Positions 22,456-34,907 of a stretch of 64,000 nt of DNA are shown here, in pieces. Under the pieces are notes generated by a model. It saw only the letters and a list, made by a program, of their open reading frames with translations. It did no database searches and was not told where the DNA came from. Position 1 is the stretch's first letter. Every line of letters begins with the position of its first letter. This DNA comes from an uncultured Christensenellaceae bacterium. Lineage in GTDB: Bacteria; Bacillota; Clostridia; Christensenellales; UBA3700. Location of the stretch: NCBI GenBank assembly GCA_944380355.1, contig CALWHJ010000002.1, forward strand, positions 368 through 64,367, read 5' to 3'. The position numbers and the translations under genes were made by a program.

Positions 22456-22461
22456 ACAGTT

Positions 22462-22490
22462 ATTATAGCACTTAGATTATATAAATACAA
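22462..22490 (-). promoter_or_regulatory. candidate promoter giving a leaderless mRNA for 21151-22455
   Basis: Minus strand reads TTGTAT, 17 nt, TGCTATAAT, 6 nt, ATG; no Shine-Dalgarno sequence. Confidence 0.45.
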
Positions 22491-22501
22491 CCCCTTTTTT
22501 T

Positions 22502-22645
22502 GGCGACCTTGTATAAGGGCGCGCCTTTTCCTTTTGTCTGCGACGCTCCTACTCAGTCACGTACGGCAAGTACGCTCCTGTCGTAGTCGGTCTTGAAAAA
22601 GAAAAAATCACACCCTTCTCCAAGGTCGCACGAAGTTAGTAATAA
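22502..22645 (+). repeat. modular hairpin repeat, full copy E
   Basis: GGCGACCTTGTATAAGGGCGCGCCTTTTCCTTTT...CGTAC-ggcaa-GTACG (22560-22574)...GAAAAAGAAAAAATCACACCCTTCTCCAAGGTCGCACGAAGTTAGTAATAA. Confidence 0.9.
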
Positions 22646-22932
22646 GGCAAGGCGGCACGCCTTTTGTCAAATATCTGCTCGGCATAATTTTATCCGCATA
22701 CAGGGATTTCGAAGAACGTCTCGATATAGTAGCGGGAGAGAAGAGTGCGAAAGAGATGGTAAAAGAAGTTTTTGACAAAAAGTTAGGCAAGGTAACGAAA
22801 AGCGATATTATGGAGTATTGTTCTACGCTAAGCCGTTCGGCAGTCGAAAAGGCTTTGAGAGAATTGGTTGGCGAGAATATTATATTCAAAAGAGAAAAAG
22901 GACCTGCGACTTACTATATACTCAACATATAG
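22597..22932 (+). pseudogene. 3' remnant of a Fic/DOC-family-like gene (C-terminal winged-helix part)
   Basis: Open frame with no proper start reads ...FVKYLLGIILSAYRDFEERLDIV...SDIMEYCSTLSRSAVEKALRELVGENIIFKREKGPATYYIL*; its 5' end runs into repeat copy 22502-22645. Confidence 0.4.
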
Positions 22933-22973
22933 ATTTATTGCATTACGGTATAGGTTTGTTGTCAAGCGGCGGT

Positions 22974-23225
22974 TTATACCGCGGTGCATAAAAGCCTGCA
23001 AATCAAGTAAAGGCTTTCTCCGACAATGCCGCCTATGCCGCTGATGAAAATCTGCATATAAGTTACACCGCCCGTAAAGGCGCAGACAATACAGCCTATG
23101 CCGCCTGTCAGGAGATTGCAAGCGACGTAAGGATAAAGCTGTTTTTTGTAGCCCGCTATATAGCGGACTATAAGTCCCGGCGCGACTCCCGTGATAAAGA
23201 TGAATATATATTCGTAAAGGTACAT
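22974..23225 (-). CDS. hypothetical small membrane protein
   Basis: 83-aa hydrophobic Gly-rich ORF; no clear RBS. Confidence 0.35.
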   Translation of the reverse strand: MYLYEYIFIFITGVAPGLIVRYIAGYKKQLYPYVACNLLTGGIGCIVCAFTGGVTYMQIFISGIGGIVGESLYLICRLLCTAV

Positions 23226-23371
23226 ACTAAATTGTATTTTGCTTTTACCGCGATTATGCGCGTATAAGATTTTTACGGAGTGCGTACGAAAGGTTTATTT
23301 GCAAGTCGAAAAGGGGAAAACAGTTAATCAATCCGGCTAATAAATATATATATTTTTATTTAAAAAAAGAG

Positions 23372-23491
23372 TTATCCACCTTGAAAAGCGATTTTTGTGG
23401 ATAACTTTTTTATATTGTATATATTATATATATCAATATGTATACTCCGAAAAGGCGGTAAAACGCTATAAAATAAGGGTAGTTATCCACA
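23372..23491. promoter_or_regulatory. second DnaA-box cluster with an AT-rich core
   Basis: TTATCCACC 23372-23380, TGTGGATAA 23396-23404, TTATCCACA 23483-23491, flanking the AT-rich TATATTGTATATATTATATATATCAATATGTATAC. Confidence 0.6.
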
Positions 23492-23633
23492 TCGCAGAAA
23501 GCCTTTCGACATAATGCGCGTGCATGTCAATTATAGGGCATAAATCAAAAGTTTTTTACACTGCTTTTGCCCAATACGGAAAAACGGCGGTATAATGTAA
23601 TTGCGTTTACTCCTTCCCCTTTTCGGAGAAATT

Positions 23634-25085
23634 ATGATTTTGAAATTCAAGTACCACAGCGATACGGGCTTGCTCGAAGCGTATCAGAGTTACACTCTCG
23701 CGCAAAACTCCTCTAATTCCGACAGCGTTGTGATTACGTCGACCGCAAGCGATGCCGACAGGTACGATTACTGTCTGGAGTTTGTGTGTTACAACAGTAA
23801 GAATATTCCCAAAGCTCAATACATAACTCCTATACTTCACTACAACGAGGGCATAACTTTTACTCTTCCCAACAATATTACCGAATACAAGGGACACGTG
23901 GATATGCAGCTTACGGGATACCTTCCCGAGGACAATTCCGTAGTATTCAAGAGTATAGCCAAAAACTGCAAGGCTTTTGACGTGGAAGGCTCGCTTAACG
24001 TACTCGAAAGCGACCTCGGCGAAACTCCCAACGTGCTTACCGAGGTAATGAAAGAGCTGGACGCGCTTAACAACATACACGAAGAAATCGTACAAAACGC
24101 GCGCGACGAATTTGAGGAGATATGCGAGAGCCAACTTGCCAATGCGACTTATCGCAGAGTAAGATTTTTCGTAACGGATACGCTTGTCAAAAGCTGTTAC
24201 GTAATAGAAGGGGATACTGTGTCCGCGCCCGAAGCGCAACAAAGCGAGGACTTGCAAAGCGACGGAAAATGGTATGACGTGTTTGACGACGACGAATACT
24301 CTCCCGATAAGCCGATTTTGGCGGACAGGGATTACTGTCTTAACGTTTACAGCAAGGGCATACAGGTCGACGAGAGAGGTTATCTTACGGGATTTACGCC
24401 CCAACCGACTGTCGAAAGGATAGTCTTTCCTCAGTACGTCGCAGGTGTAAGATTTGCAGGCTTTGACAAGGACGGAGCCGATATTGCCGTAGACGGCATA
24501 AAAGAGGTATACGTATCCGCTACTATGACTGAAGAGTGTTGTCTTTATAAGTTCAAGAGCGCGGTAGAAACCGTCCGCGTGCATCCTTGCAACCGCAATT
24601 TGTACAGCGAAGAAAACGTACTCTATTCGCAAAAGAGTTTTGTGTATTATCCTTGTGCAAAAGACGCGACCAGATATTATATAAAGCCGGGTATATCCGT
24701 AATAAAGACGGGCGCGCTGATAAACAATCCTTACATAAGCACGCTTATTCTTTCCCGCGGATTAAAAATTATCGAGGCTAACGCCGTCGAAGGCAACGCT
24801 ATGCTAGAGAGGATATATCTTTCTTGTACGCTCGAGGTTTTGGCGATAGGCTGTATGCAGAACAACGGAGCGTCGACGGCAAACGCACAGACTAAAATTT
24901 TTGTCGAGGGAGATATCTGCGACGCGATGGAGGTAAATACGTTCGGCACCGATAACAATTCGTACATGCTTTATCTCGAGTTTGAAGACGCGCTTAAATA
25001 TACGCAAAAACTCGGCACCTACGGCGTTAAATGCAATATGATAGGCGCGGAAACTATGAGCCTCTTCTTCCAGACCAAGTTCTGA
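23634..25085 (+). CDS. hypothetical protein with C-terminal BspA-type leucine-rich repeats
   Basis: GGAGA RBS before ATG 23634; C-terminal repeats (IKPGISVIKTGALINN..., LKIIEANAVEGNAMLERIYL...) resemble LRR_5; N-terminal part unassigned. Confidence 0.65.
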   Translation: MILKFKYHSDTGLLEAYQSYTLAQNSSNSDSVVITSTASDADRYDYCLEFVCYNSKNIPKAQYITPILHYNEGITFTLPNNITEYKGHVDMQLTGYLPEDNSVVFKSIAKNCKAFDVEGSLNVLESDLGETPNVLTEVMKELDALNNIHEEIVQNARDEFEEICESQLANATYRRVRFFVTDTLVKSCYVIEGDTVSAPEAQQSEDLQSDGKWYDVFDDDEYSPDKPILADRDYCLNVYSKGIQVDERGYLTGFTPQPTVERIVFPQYVAGVRFAGFDKDGADIAVDGIKEVYVSATMTEECCLYKFKSAVETVRVHPCNRNLYSEENVLYSQKSFVYYPCAKDATRYYIKPGISVIKTGALINNPYISTLILSRGLKIIEANAVEGNAMLERIYLSCTLEVLAIGCMQNNGASTANAQTKIFVEGDICDAMEVNTFGTDNNSYMLYLEFEDALKYTQKLGTYGVKCNMIGAETMSLFFQTKF

Positions 25086-25086
25086 T

Positions 25087-25317
25087 ATGGCAAAACGTAC
25101 CCCTTATATGAAAGTCGCGTCTTTGGGAAAGATACTCGTAAGGACGGACAGAGGCAAGACCTTTTATGCACATAAGGTAAGCACGAATTATCCTCCCGCT
25201 CTCGACGAATGGCAGGAGATAGACGAGCCTGAAGGCATTGTCAAGGTCAAAATTATACCGCCTTCTTTTCTGTCGGCAGAAGCAGTAGCGCGTTACTTCC
25301 CCGTTGACGCGGATTAA
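25087..25317 (+). CDS. hypothetical small protein
   Basis: 76-aa ORF starting 1 nt after the upstream stop (TGAtATG), so coupled; no motif recognised. Confidence 0.4.
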   Translation: MAKRTPYMKVASLGKILVRTDRGKTFYAHKVSTNYPPALDEWQEIDEPEGIVKVKIIPPSFLSAEAVARYFPVDAD

Positions 25318-25394
25318 AAATCCTGAATATTGCCGACAAAGCAAATTGCTATGATAAAACTTGTCTTCTTGCTCATACTATGCTCGGAGGAGTT

Positions 25395-25916
25395 ATGAAA
25401 GAGACAGGTATTGTAAGAAGAATAGACGAGTTGGGAAGAGTGGTAATTCCCAAAGAACTCCGTAAAGTGCTCAAACTCAAAGAGGGAGAGCTTCTCGAGA
25501 TTTACACCAACGACAAGCAAGAATTGGTACTCAAAAAGTACAACGAAGTCGGCGCGGACAGCGACCAGCTTCAGGCTATGTGCAAAATACTGTACAAGAC
25601 TACGGGTAAGGAAACCTTTATCTGCGATACGGGCGCCATTCTCGCGCATTGCGGAGGCAGCGAGCCTCTCGAAGGAGAAGAGATAAGCGATGAGCTTTAC
25701 AAGCTTCTCGTCAACCGTCGCAGCCGTCACCTTACCGACAATCCCGTCAAGCCGACAGAGACGTCTTCCGACGAGGGCGGCGAACAGTATATCGTGCCGT
25801 TGGTATCGAGGGGGGATTTGTACGGGGGTATAGTGTTGTCCGCGCAAAAACTCGACGGAAGCGACTTTGTAGTCTGCGACGCTATGGCGCAGTATCTCTC
25901 GTACAACATAGGATGA
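25395..25916 (+). CDS. spoVT: stage V sporulation regulator SpoVT (AbrB-family)
   Basis: GIVRRIDELGRVVIPKELRKVLKLKEGELLEIY is the SpoVT/AbrB swapped-hairpin domain; GAF-like C-terminus; GGAGGA RBS supports ATG 25395; spoVT-yabM-yabN synteny. Confidence 0.85.
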   Translation: MKETGIVRRIDELGRVVIPKELRKVLKLKEGELLEIYTNDKQELVLKKYNEVGADSDQLQAMCKILYKTTGKETFICDTGAILAHCGGSEPLEGEEISDELYKLLVNRRSRHLTDNPVKPTETSSDEGGEQYIVPLVSRGDLYGGIVLSAQKLDGSDFVVCDAMAQYLSYNIG

Positions 25917-27481
25917 AAAAGCAGACTTTCGCAAAAGGCGCGCTCGCTCTGGCTGTTTGCAGTATTATCGCAAAGGGCTTGGGCGGAGTGTACCGCATAT
26001 CGCTTACTTCCGTTTTGGGTGCGGAGGGGATAGGCTACTATCAGCTCGTCTTTCCCTTCTTTTCGCTCGTACTGGCACTACTCGCAAGCGGCGTCCCCGT
26101 TACCGTATCGCGGCTTGTGTCGGGCGAGCTTTCCGCAGATAACACAGGCGGAGTGAGAACGCTTTTGCAAAGAAGTCTTGCCTACGCGTTAGCGGCGGGA
26201 CTTCTGGGCGGCGTTATGACGATAGCACTCTCTCGTCTGTTGGCAGGTATACAGTCGACGGACGGAGTATATATATGTTATGTTGCAATCGCGCCCGCGA
26301 TAGTCTTTGTCACGCTTGCAGGCGTGTACAAAGGCTGGTTTTTGGGCAACGGCAATATGACGACGGTCGGCGTGAGTCAGGTAGCCGAAGTGACTGTAAA
26401 ACTCGCTTTCGGTCTGTTTGCCGCGACTTATTTTTCGAGATACGGCATTATGCAGTCCGTAGCGGGGGCTTTGCTTGCGGTGAGCCTCGGGGAATTCGTA
26501 GGATTTCTCTACGTGTTCGTGAGATACCTTTTCGCAAGCAAGGATTTTCGCAGGGTAATGCCTACTCCCGTCGACCGCAGATTTTTCAAATCGCTTTTAC
26601 CCGTTACGTTAAGCGGGCTTGTTTTTCCCGTAGTGGCGTTTATCGACAGCGTCAGTATCGTGAATCTTCTCGAATACGGCGGGGACGTCAGGGCGGTAAC
26701 GCATTACGGACTTTTGACGGGGCCCGTAAATTCGCTTATCAATATGCCTATAGTATTCGCTATGTCGGTAGCCGTGGCAATAGTACCCGCACTCGCCGGC
26801 TTGCTTGCCAACTACGAAGTAGTGTCGATAAAGCGCAGGACGGCTACGTCGGTAAAGGTATGTTTTATCATTGCGTTTCCTTTTTTTGCGGGCTGCGCGT
26901 TTCTCGCGCCTAAGATAGTTTCTCTGCTGTATCCCGCGCTTTCTTCTTCTGACAAAAGTCTTACCGCTACGCTTATGGCAATCAGCGCAATCGACATTCT
27001 GCTTTTGTCCTTGCTCGAGGTTTTCAATGCCGTACTCACGGGATTGGGAAGAAGCAAGCCCGTACTCGTCAACGTAGCTACGGCAGGCAGTATAAAAATA
27101 CTCCTGCAAGTGCTGTTTGCTCCCCGTTTCGGAATAGTTGCGTGCGCATTTGCTACTATAGTGTTTTATTCCGTTGCGATGTTTGCCAACGCATACGTAT
27201 ACAATAATCTCGTAGGCAAAAACACAATTCTTGCCAAAAGTATTGCCAAAGTACTCTTTGCGGGTGTTATAATGTGTGTGACGGTTTTTGCGTGCAGCTT
27301 TATATCGGACCCTCTTATAGCCGTCATAGCGGGCGCGCTTGCGGGCGGGGCGGTTTATATCGCGGCAATAATCTTTTTACGTACTCTGGACAGCGACGAG
27401 CTGAGGCTTTTGCCTTTCTGCAAAAAACTCGCCGCGAGAGTTGACAGAGGCATACACGGCAAGGAGAAAAACACAATATGA
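25913..27481 (+). CDS. MOP-superfamily flippase (SpoVB/YabM/MurJ-like)
   Basis: 522-aa ORF with about 14 TM helices; 4-nt overlap with spoVT; same position as B. subtilis yabM. Confidence 0.85.
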   Translation: MKKQTFAKGALALAVCSIIAKGLGGVYRISLTSVLGAEGIGYYQLVFPFFSLVLALLASGVPVTVSRLVSGELSADNTGGVRTLLQRSLAYALAAGLLGGVMTIALSRLLAGIQSTDGVYICYVAIAPAIVFVTLAGVYKGWFLGNGNMTTVGVSQVAEVTVKLAFGLFAATYFSRYGIMQSVAGALLAVSLGEFVGFLYVFVRYLFASKDFRRVMPTPVDRRFFKSLLPVTLSGLVFPVVAFIDSVSIVNLLEYGGDVRAVTHYGLLTGPVNSLINMPIVFAMSVAVAIVPALAGLLANYEVVSIKRRTATSVKVCFIIAFPFFAGCAFLAPKIVSLLYPALSSSDKSLTATLMAISAIDILLLSLLEVFNAVLTGLGRSKPVLVNVATAGSIKILLQVLFAPRFGIVACAFATIVFYSVAMFANAYVYNNLVGKNTILAKSIAKVLFAGVIMCVTVFACSFISDPLIAVIAGALAGGAVYIAAIIFLRTLDSDELRLLPFCKKLAARVDRGIHGKEKNTI

Positions 27482-28857
27482 TTACGGTAGTTGGATTAGG
27501 TTGTAAAAAAGGTCAGCTCACCCTCGAGGGAGCCGAGGCTATAAAACAAGCAGACAAGGTGTTCGTCAAAACTCGGCTGACGGATACCTATACATACTTT
27601 ACCGACCAAAGCATAGATGCTCAAAGTCTTGATTTTATTTACGAGCAGTCGGGAGATTTCGACAATCTCGACAGGGCAATCGTCCGATACGTTATAGAAA
27701 ATTCTTCAGATAAAAATACCGTCTATTGCGTCAACGGAAGCGGACTCGACGACCGCTCGGTAATAGCATTGTCTAAAGAGTGCGAAGTGAAGATAATACC
27801 TTCCGTATCGCGCGGCATAGCTTGCGCAAAACCTTGCGTGGGAGTGCTTACAATCAGTGCTTACGAGCTGACGTCGCTCAAGGGTTTCAACTACGATACC
27901 AGACTCTCGCTCACCGTAACCGACGTTGACAACGCTTTTATCGCGGGCGAAGTCAAGCTTGTGCTCGAAAACATTCTCGGTGACGAAGAAAAGATTTTCT
28001 TCTCAGGCAAGGAGATTATGGTCTACGAACTCGACAGACAAAAGACTTACGATTATTCATCCGTCGTATTCGTACCCGCAAAAGAACTCGTTGATAAAAA
28101 GCGTTTCAACTTCATTGACTTATATCTCATTATGCGCATACTTCGCGGAGAAAACGGCTGCCAATGGGACAAGGCGCAGACGCACGAAAGCATACGCGAG
28201 AATGCAATCGAAGAGGCTTACGAGCTTGTCGAAGCCATCAACAACGAGGACATCGACAATATGATTGAGGAGAGCGGAGATTTGTTTTTGCAGAGCATTT
28301 TCCATTGCGTTATCGGAGAGGATAACGGAGAATTCAACGTCGAGGACAGTCTCAGCGGTATTTGTTCCAAGCTTATTTCCAGACATACTCACATATTCGG
28401 AGACGTAGTTGCCAACAATGCCGAGGAAGCTTTGAAAGCGTGGGACGCCGCTAAAGCCAAGGAGAAAAAATACAAGAGCCAGTCGGACAAAATGCAGCAC
28501 GTTGCGCGTGCATTGCCCGCGCTTATGCGTGCAGAAAAAGTGCAGAAAGCCGCCGCTAAGGGAGATTTCGAATTCAATGAATACTCTCAGGTACTCGACA
28601 AGATAAAAGAAGAGTACGGCGAGTTTGTCGAGGCTCAGGGCGCAGACGTAGAAAAAGAGGGCGGAGATTTGCTCTTTGCGTGCGTCAACGCTTTGAGATG
28701 GAAGGGTGTGGACAGCGAAGTCGCGCTTCAGGGCACTATCGACAAATTTGTGAGAAGATACTCTTACGTAGAGGAAAAGTGCGGAGGCTCGACGGCAGGC
28801 AGACCTCTGGAGGAGCTGGACAAACTGTGGGAGGAAGCCAAGAAAAGTGAAGGTTGA
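27478..28857 (+). CDS. yabN: YabN-like fusion: tetrapyrrole-methylase-like domain plus MazG NTP pyrophosphohydrolase
   Basis: 459-aa ORF; C-terminal MazG repeats (ENAIEEAYELVEAI..., IKEEYGEFVEA...GDLLF); 4-nt overlap upstream. Confidence 0.85.
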   Translation: MITVVGLGCKKGQLTLEGAEAIKQADKVFVKTRLTDTYTYFTDQSIDAQSLDFIYEQSGDFDNLDRAIVRYVIENSSDKNTVYCVNGSGLDDRSVIALSKECEVKIIPSVSRGIACAKPCVGVLTISAYELTSLKGFNYDTRLSLTVTDVDNAFIAGEVKLVLENILGDEEKIFFSGKEIMVYELDRQKTYDYSSVVFVPAKELVDKKRFNFIDLYLIMRILRGENGCQWDKAQTHESIRENAIEEAYELVEAINNEDIDNMIEESGDLFLQSIFHCVIGEDNGEFNVEDSLSGICSKLISRHTHIFGDVVANNAEEALKAWDAAKAKEKKYKSQSDKMQHVARALPALMRAEKVQKAAAKGDFEFNEYSQVLDKIKEEYGEFVEAQGADVEKEGGDLLFACVNALRWKGVDSEVALQGTIDKFVRRYSYVEEKCGGSTAGRPLEELDKLWEEAKKSEG

Positions 28858-29767
28858 TTTTCGCGGTAAAACAGTGCTCGCGCCAATAGCGGGTTACAGT
28901 GACGTAGGATTGAGAAGAGTATGTGCCGAGAGGGGCGCGGATATGACTTATACGGAGATGATATCCGCAAAAGGTCTTGTCTACGGAAGTGACAAGACGG
29001 AAGATTTGTTGCATACCACCGACAGCGAGAAAGTAAAATGCGTGCAGATTTTCGGGAGCGAACCCGATTTCATACGCCGTGCAGTCGAGCACAAAGCCCT
29101 TGCAAAATTCGACGTGATAGACATAAATATGGGCTGTCCCGTACCTAAAATCGTCAAAAACGGAGAGGGAAGCGCATTGCTTGAAAACATACCCCTTGCA
29201 CAACTAGTCGTAAAAGCGGCTATGGAGGGCGGACGTCCCGTAACGGTAAAATTCCGCATAGGCGTAAGCGAGGAAAATATCATTGCCGAAGATTTTGCAA
29301 AAGCGATGCAAGACGCCGGCGCAAGCGCGGTTACCGTGCACGGTCGCACGCGCAAACAACTTTACGCGGGCAAAGCCGACTGGTCGGTGATTGCAAAAGT
29401 AAAGCAAGCCGTTGCTATTCCCGTATACGTCAACGGGGATATAGTCGACAAATCCGGCTACGAAGAAGCTATGCGCGTGACGGGAGCGGACGGTGCGATG
29501 ATAGCACGAGGCGCGCTCGGCAATCCCTTACTTTTCAGCGAGATAAAGGATTGCGTGCCCGAGAGATATTCTCTTAAAAAAGATATACTCACGCACTTCG
29601 ATACGCTTTTAGAATTTCATCATCCCGCTTACGTGCTTGCCAATTTCAAAAAGCATATCGCGTATTATTGCAGGGGAATGCAAGGACAAAAACAAATCAA
29701 ACTCGCGGGTTTCAACGCAAAAAGTATTGACGAGATGCGCGACGTAATAGAAAAGTTTTTCGTATAG
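28847..29767 (+). CDS. dus: tRNA-dihydrouridine synthase
   Basis: 306-aa ORF; N-terminal LAPIAGYSDVGLRR; FMN/TIM-barrel motifs DINMGCPVPKIV and VTVHGRTR; GTG start overlapping the yabN end. Confidence 0.88.
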   Translation: MKVDFRGKTVLAPIAGYSDVGLRRVCAERGADMTYTEMISAKGLVYGSDKTEDLLHTTDSEKVKCVQIFGSEPDFIRRAVEHKALAKFDVIDINMGCPVPKIVKNGEGSALLENIPLAQLVVKAAMEGGRPVTVKFRIGVSEENIIAEDFAKAMQDAGASAVTVHGRTRKQLYAGKADWSVIAKVKQAVAIPVYVNGDIVDKSGYEEAMRVTGADGAMIARGALGNPLLFSEIKDCVPERYSLKKDILTHFDTLLEFHHPAYVLANFKKHIAYYCRGMQGQKQIKLAGFNAKSIDEMRDVIEKFFV

Positions 29768-29836
29768 CCAAGACTTGCAATAACGTCCTTTAAGAAACGA
29801 TAAGCACAAAAAACAAAAAGAAAACGATAAAGACAA

Positions 29837-29861
29837 AAGACGGACTTTGCCCGTCTTTTTT
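29837..29861. terminator. bidirectional hairpin terminator
   Basis: GACGG-actttgc-CCGTC with flanking A-run and T-run, between convergent dus and trmL. Confidence 0.7.
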
Positions 29862-29907
29862 ACTTGATAAATATTTTTTAACCAATAATATACCGTTTAA
29901 TAAAATC

Positions 29908-30456
29908 TCAATACTTGGTAAGCTTGCCCTGCTCTTTAAGTCCCGCATAGCCGTGCTGACGGTGATACTCGTATATAAACAGTGCGACGCTGTTGGCAAG
30001 ATTGAGCGAACGTGCCTCTGCGCGCATAGGTATTCTCACGCAGTTTTCGTAGTTTTCGTGCAAAAGTTCCTCGTCAAGTCCTTTTGTTTCTCTGCCGAAA
30101 AATACCCAGCAATCCTCCTCGTATTCCACTTCCGTAAAATTGTGCGCCGACTTTGTAGAAGCAAAGAAAAACTGTGCCTTACCGTTCTCTTTGGTCTTTC
30201 TCACGGCAATAGCTACGTTGTCATCCGTGTCGGCTTTTTCACCGAAGTTGGCTTTTAAAAAAGCCTGCATATTTTCGTATCTCTTTACCGTCGCCAAATC
30301 CCAGTAGTCCAAACCGCTTCTCTTCAGATATTTGTCCTCCCAACTGAATCCGCACGGCTCGATTACGTGCAATTGCGCGCCCGTTGCCGCGCACGTTCTG
30401 ACTATATTTCCCGTGTTGTTGGGGATTTCGGGGTAGACCAGTACTACGTTTATCAT
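29908..30456 (-). CDS. trmL: SpoU-family tRNA 2'-O-methyltransferase TrmL
   Basis: 182-aa ORF; N-terminus VVLVYPEIPNNTGNIVRTCAATGAQLHVIEPCGF is typical of TrmL; carries an internal insertion of about 25 aa. Confidence 0.8.
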   Translation of the reverse strand: MINVVLVYPEIPNNTGNIVRTCAATGAQLHVIEPCGFSWEDKYLKRSGLDYWDLATVKRYENMQAFLKANFGEKADTDDNVAIAVRKTKENGKAQFFFASTKSAHNFTEVEYEEDCWVFFGRETKGLDEELLHENYENCVRIPMRAEARSLNLANSVALFIYEYHRQHGYAGLKEQGKLTKY

Positions 30457-30465
30457 ATTCTATCG

Positions 30466-30600
30466 CGCCCTTGTATATCGGCACGCCTTTCGTTTTTCCT
30501 GCGACGCTCCCGCTCAGTCACGTACGGCTAGTACGCTCCTGTCGCGCTCGGTTTGGAAAAAGCAAAAATCACGCTAATCTCTAAGGGCTTTACTCTCCTA
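30466..30600 (+). repeat. modular hairpin repeat, diverged copy F; more related modules up to about 30790
   Basis: GCGCCCTTGTATATCGGCACGCCTTTCGTTTTTCCTGCGACGCTCCCGCTCAGTCACGTAC-ggcta-GTACGCTCCTGTCGCGCTCGG...AAAAATCACGC. Confidence 0.75.
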
Positions 30601-30918
30601 TTAATTCTATTGCGCGCCTTCGCCGTAATATATGACAGGTTCGCTCGCTCGCGAACTTTCTTCAAAATCGCAACTCTGCACCAAGCTCTGACGGCTTTAC
30701 TTCCTTTATGGTGTTTGCGCTCTCGCATTGCTATTTTACCCTCTCAGCCTTCGGCTTGTCAACCTTTAGAATATGGCTTGCAAAGCGTCTGACAATCTTT
30801 ATGTATTGTATTTATATTAATTTTTGAATAATTATTTTTTAAATATCCCGCATTGTTTCTCAACTTATTGACACAGACGCGCGCTGTTAATATAATTGAA
30901 TTGTACGTATTTAATTAA

Positions 30919-33972
<3,054 letters not shown>

Positions 33973-34008
33973 GAGTAAAAGCAATACACCGACAACAAAT
34001 AAAGAAAA

Positions 34009-34031
34009 AACGACCGCAAGGTCGTTTTTTT
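34009..34031 (+). terminator. rho-independent terminator of lacZ
   Basis: AACGACC-GCAA-GGTCGTT followed by a T-run. Confidence 0.8.
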
Positions 34032-34109
34032 GTTTTCGTAAATTTGATTGCACGCTTTTTATAATGAAAATGCAGTCGGTAATATATCCGATAATCGTAA
34101 CGGGGATTA

Positions 34110-34865
34110 TCACATACGGAATTTATCCATAGCGGTAGCGAATTTGACGTAGTCGCGATAGACGTCTTTATATTGTTTGAGGTCGCCGTGCTCGTTGAAT
34201 GAATAGTAGCCTTCGTCGGCTATGACGATATGGTCGACAAGCTTTAGTCCCATAATCTCGCAGAGCGATACCAGCCATCTCGTGAAATCGTAATCCGCCA
34301 TAGAGGGGGAGGGGTCGCCCGAGGGGTGATTATGCGCTATGAAAATATTGTCGGCACCCGAATTCGTGGTGCGTGCAATAAAACTCTTGACGTTGAGAGT
34401 ACATTCCTGAGAGGTGCTGTCGCCTATCTCGCATTTGTCGACGAGTTTTCCTTTGGAGTTGACTATGACGAGATACATCTTCTCTTGCGTGAGGTCGGAC
34501 AGCAGTATGCGGAAATAATCCACGGCGTGCGCGATTGTATCGAGCATAGGTTTTTCGCCGAGTTTTCTGAGCTGATAAGTCTTTAAAATCTGAGGCATAG
34601 AGGTGAGGAAGAGCGCGGCGTTGCGCGTCATATTCTTTACGCTCATAAGCAGGGCGATAGAGGAGTCGAATACCTTATCTAAACTTCCGCCCGCCCTTTC
34701 TATCAGTTCGTGCGCAATGGCATTCGTATCTTTGAGCGGTATAAAAGGATATAGCAAAAACTCCAGTACCTCGTGGTCGGGGAGATTTTCTATACCCAGT
34801 TTTTGCACGCGTTCGCGCATACGCTGTCTGTGTCCCGCGTGAATATTGTTGTCTTTTGTATCCAT
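34110..34865 (-). CDS. radC: RadC-like JAB/MPN domain protein
   Basis: 251-aa ORF; JAMM motif HNHPSGDPSPS; N-terminal HhH-like region. Confidence 0.85.
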   Translation of the reverse strand: MDTKDNNIHAGHRQRMRERVQKLGIENLPDHEVLEFLLYPFIPLKDTNAIAHELIERAGGSLDKVFDSSIALLMSVKNMTRNAALFLTSMPQILKTYQLRKLGEKPMLDTIAHAVDYFRILLSDLTQEKMYLVIVNSKGKLVDKCEIGDSTSQECTLNVKSFIARTTNSGADNIFIAHNHPSGDPSPSMADYDFTRWLVSLCEIMGLKLVDHIVIADEGYYSFNEHGDLKQYKDVYRDYVKFATAMDKFRM

Positions 34866-34907
34866 AAACTTATCCCGTATTCCCTTGTATACTCAGATTT
34901 AAAATCG

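Noticed and set aside
22593-22889. ORFs 22593-22775(+) and 22608-22889(-)
   Set aside because: They begin inside the non-coding repeat copy and have no RBS or motifs. The only protein-like frame here is the Fic-like remnant, reported as a pseudogene.
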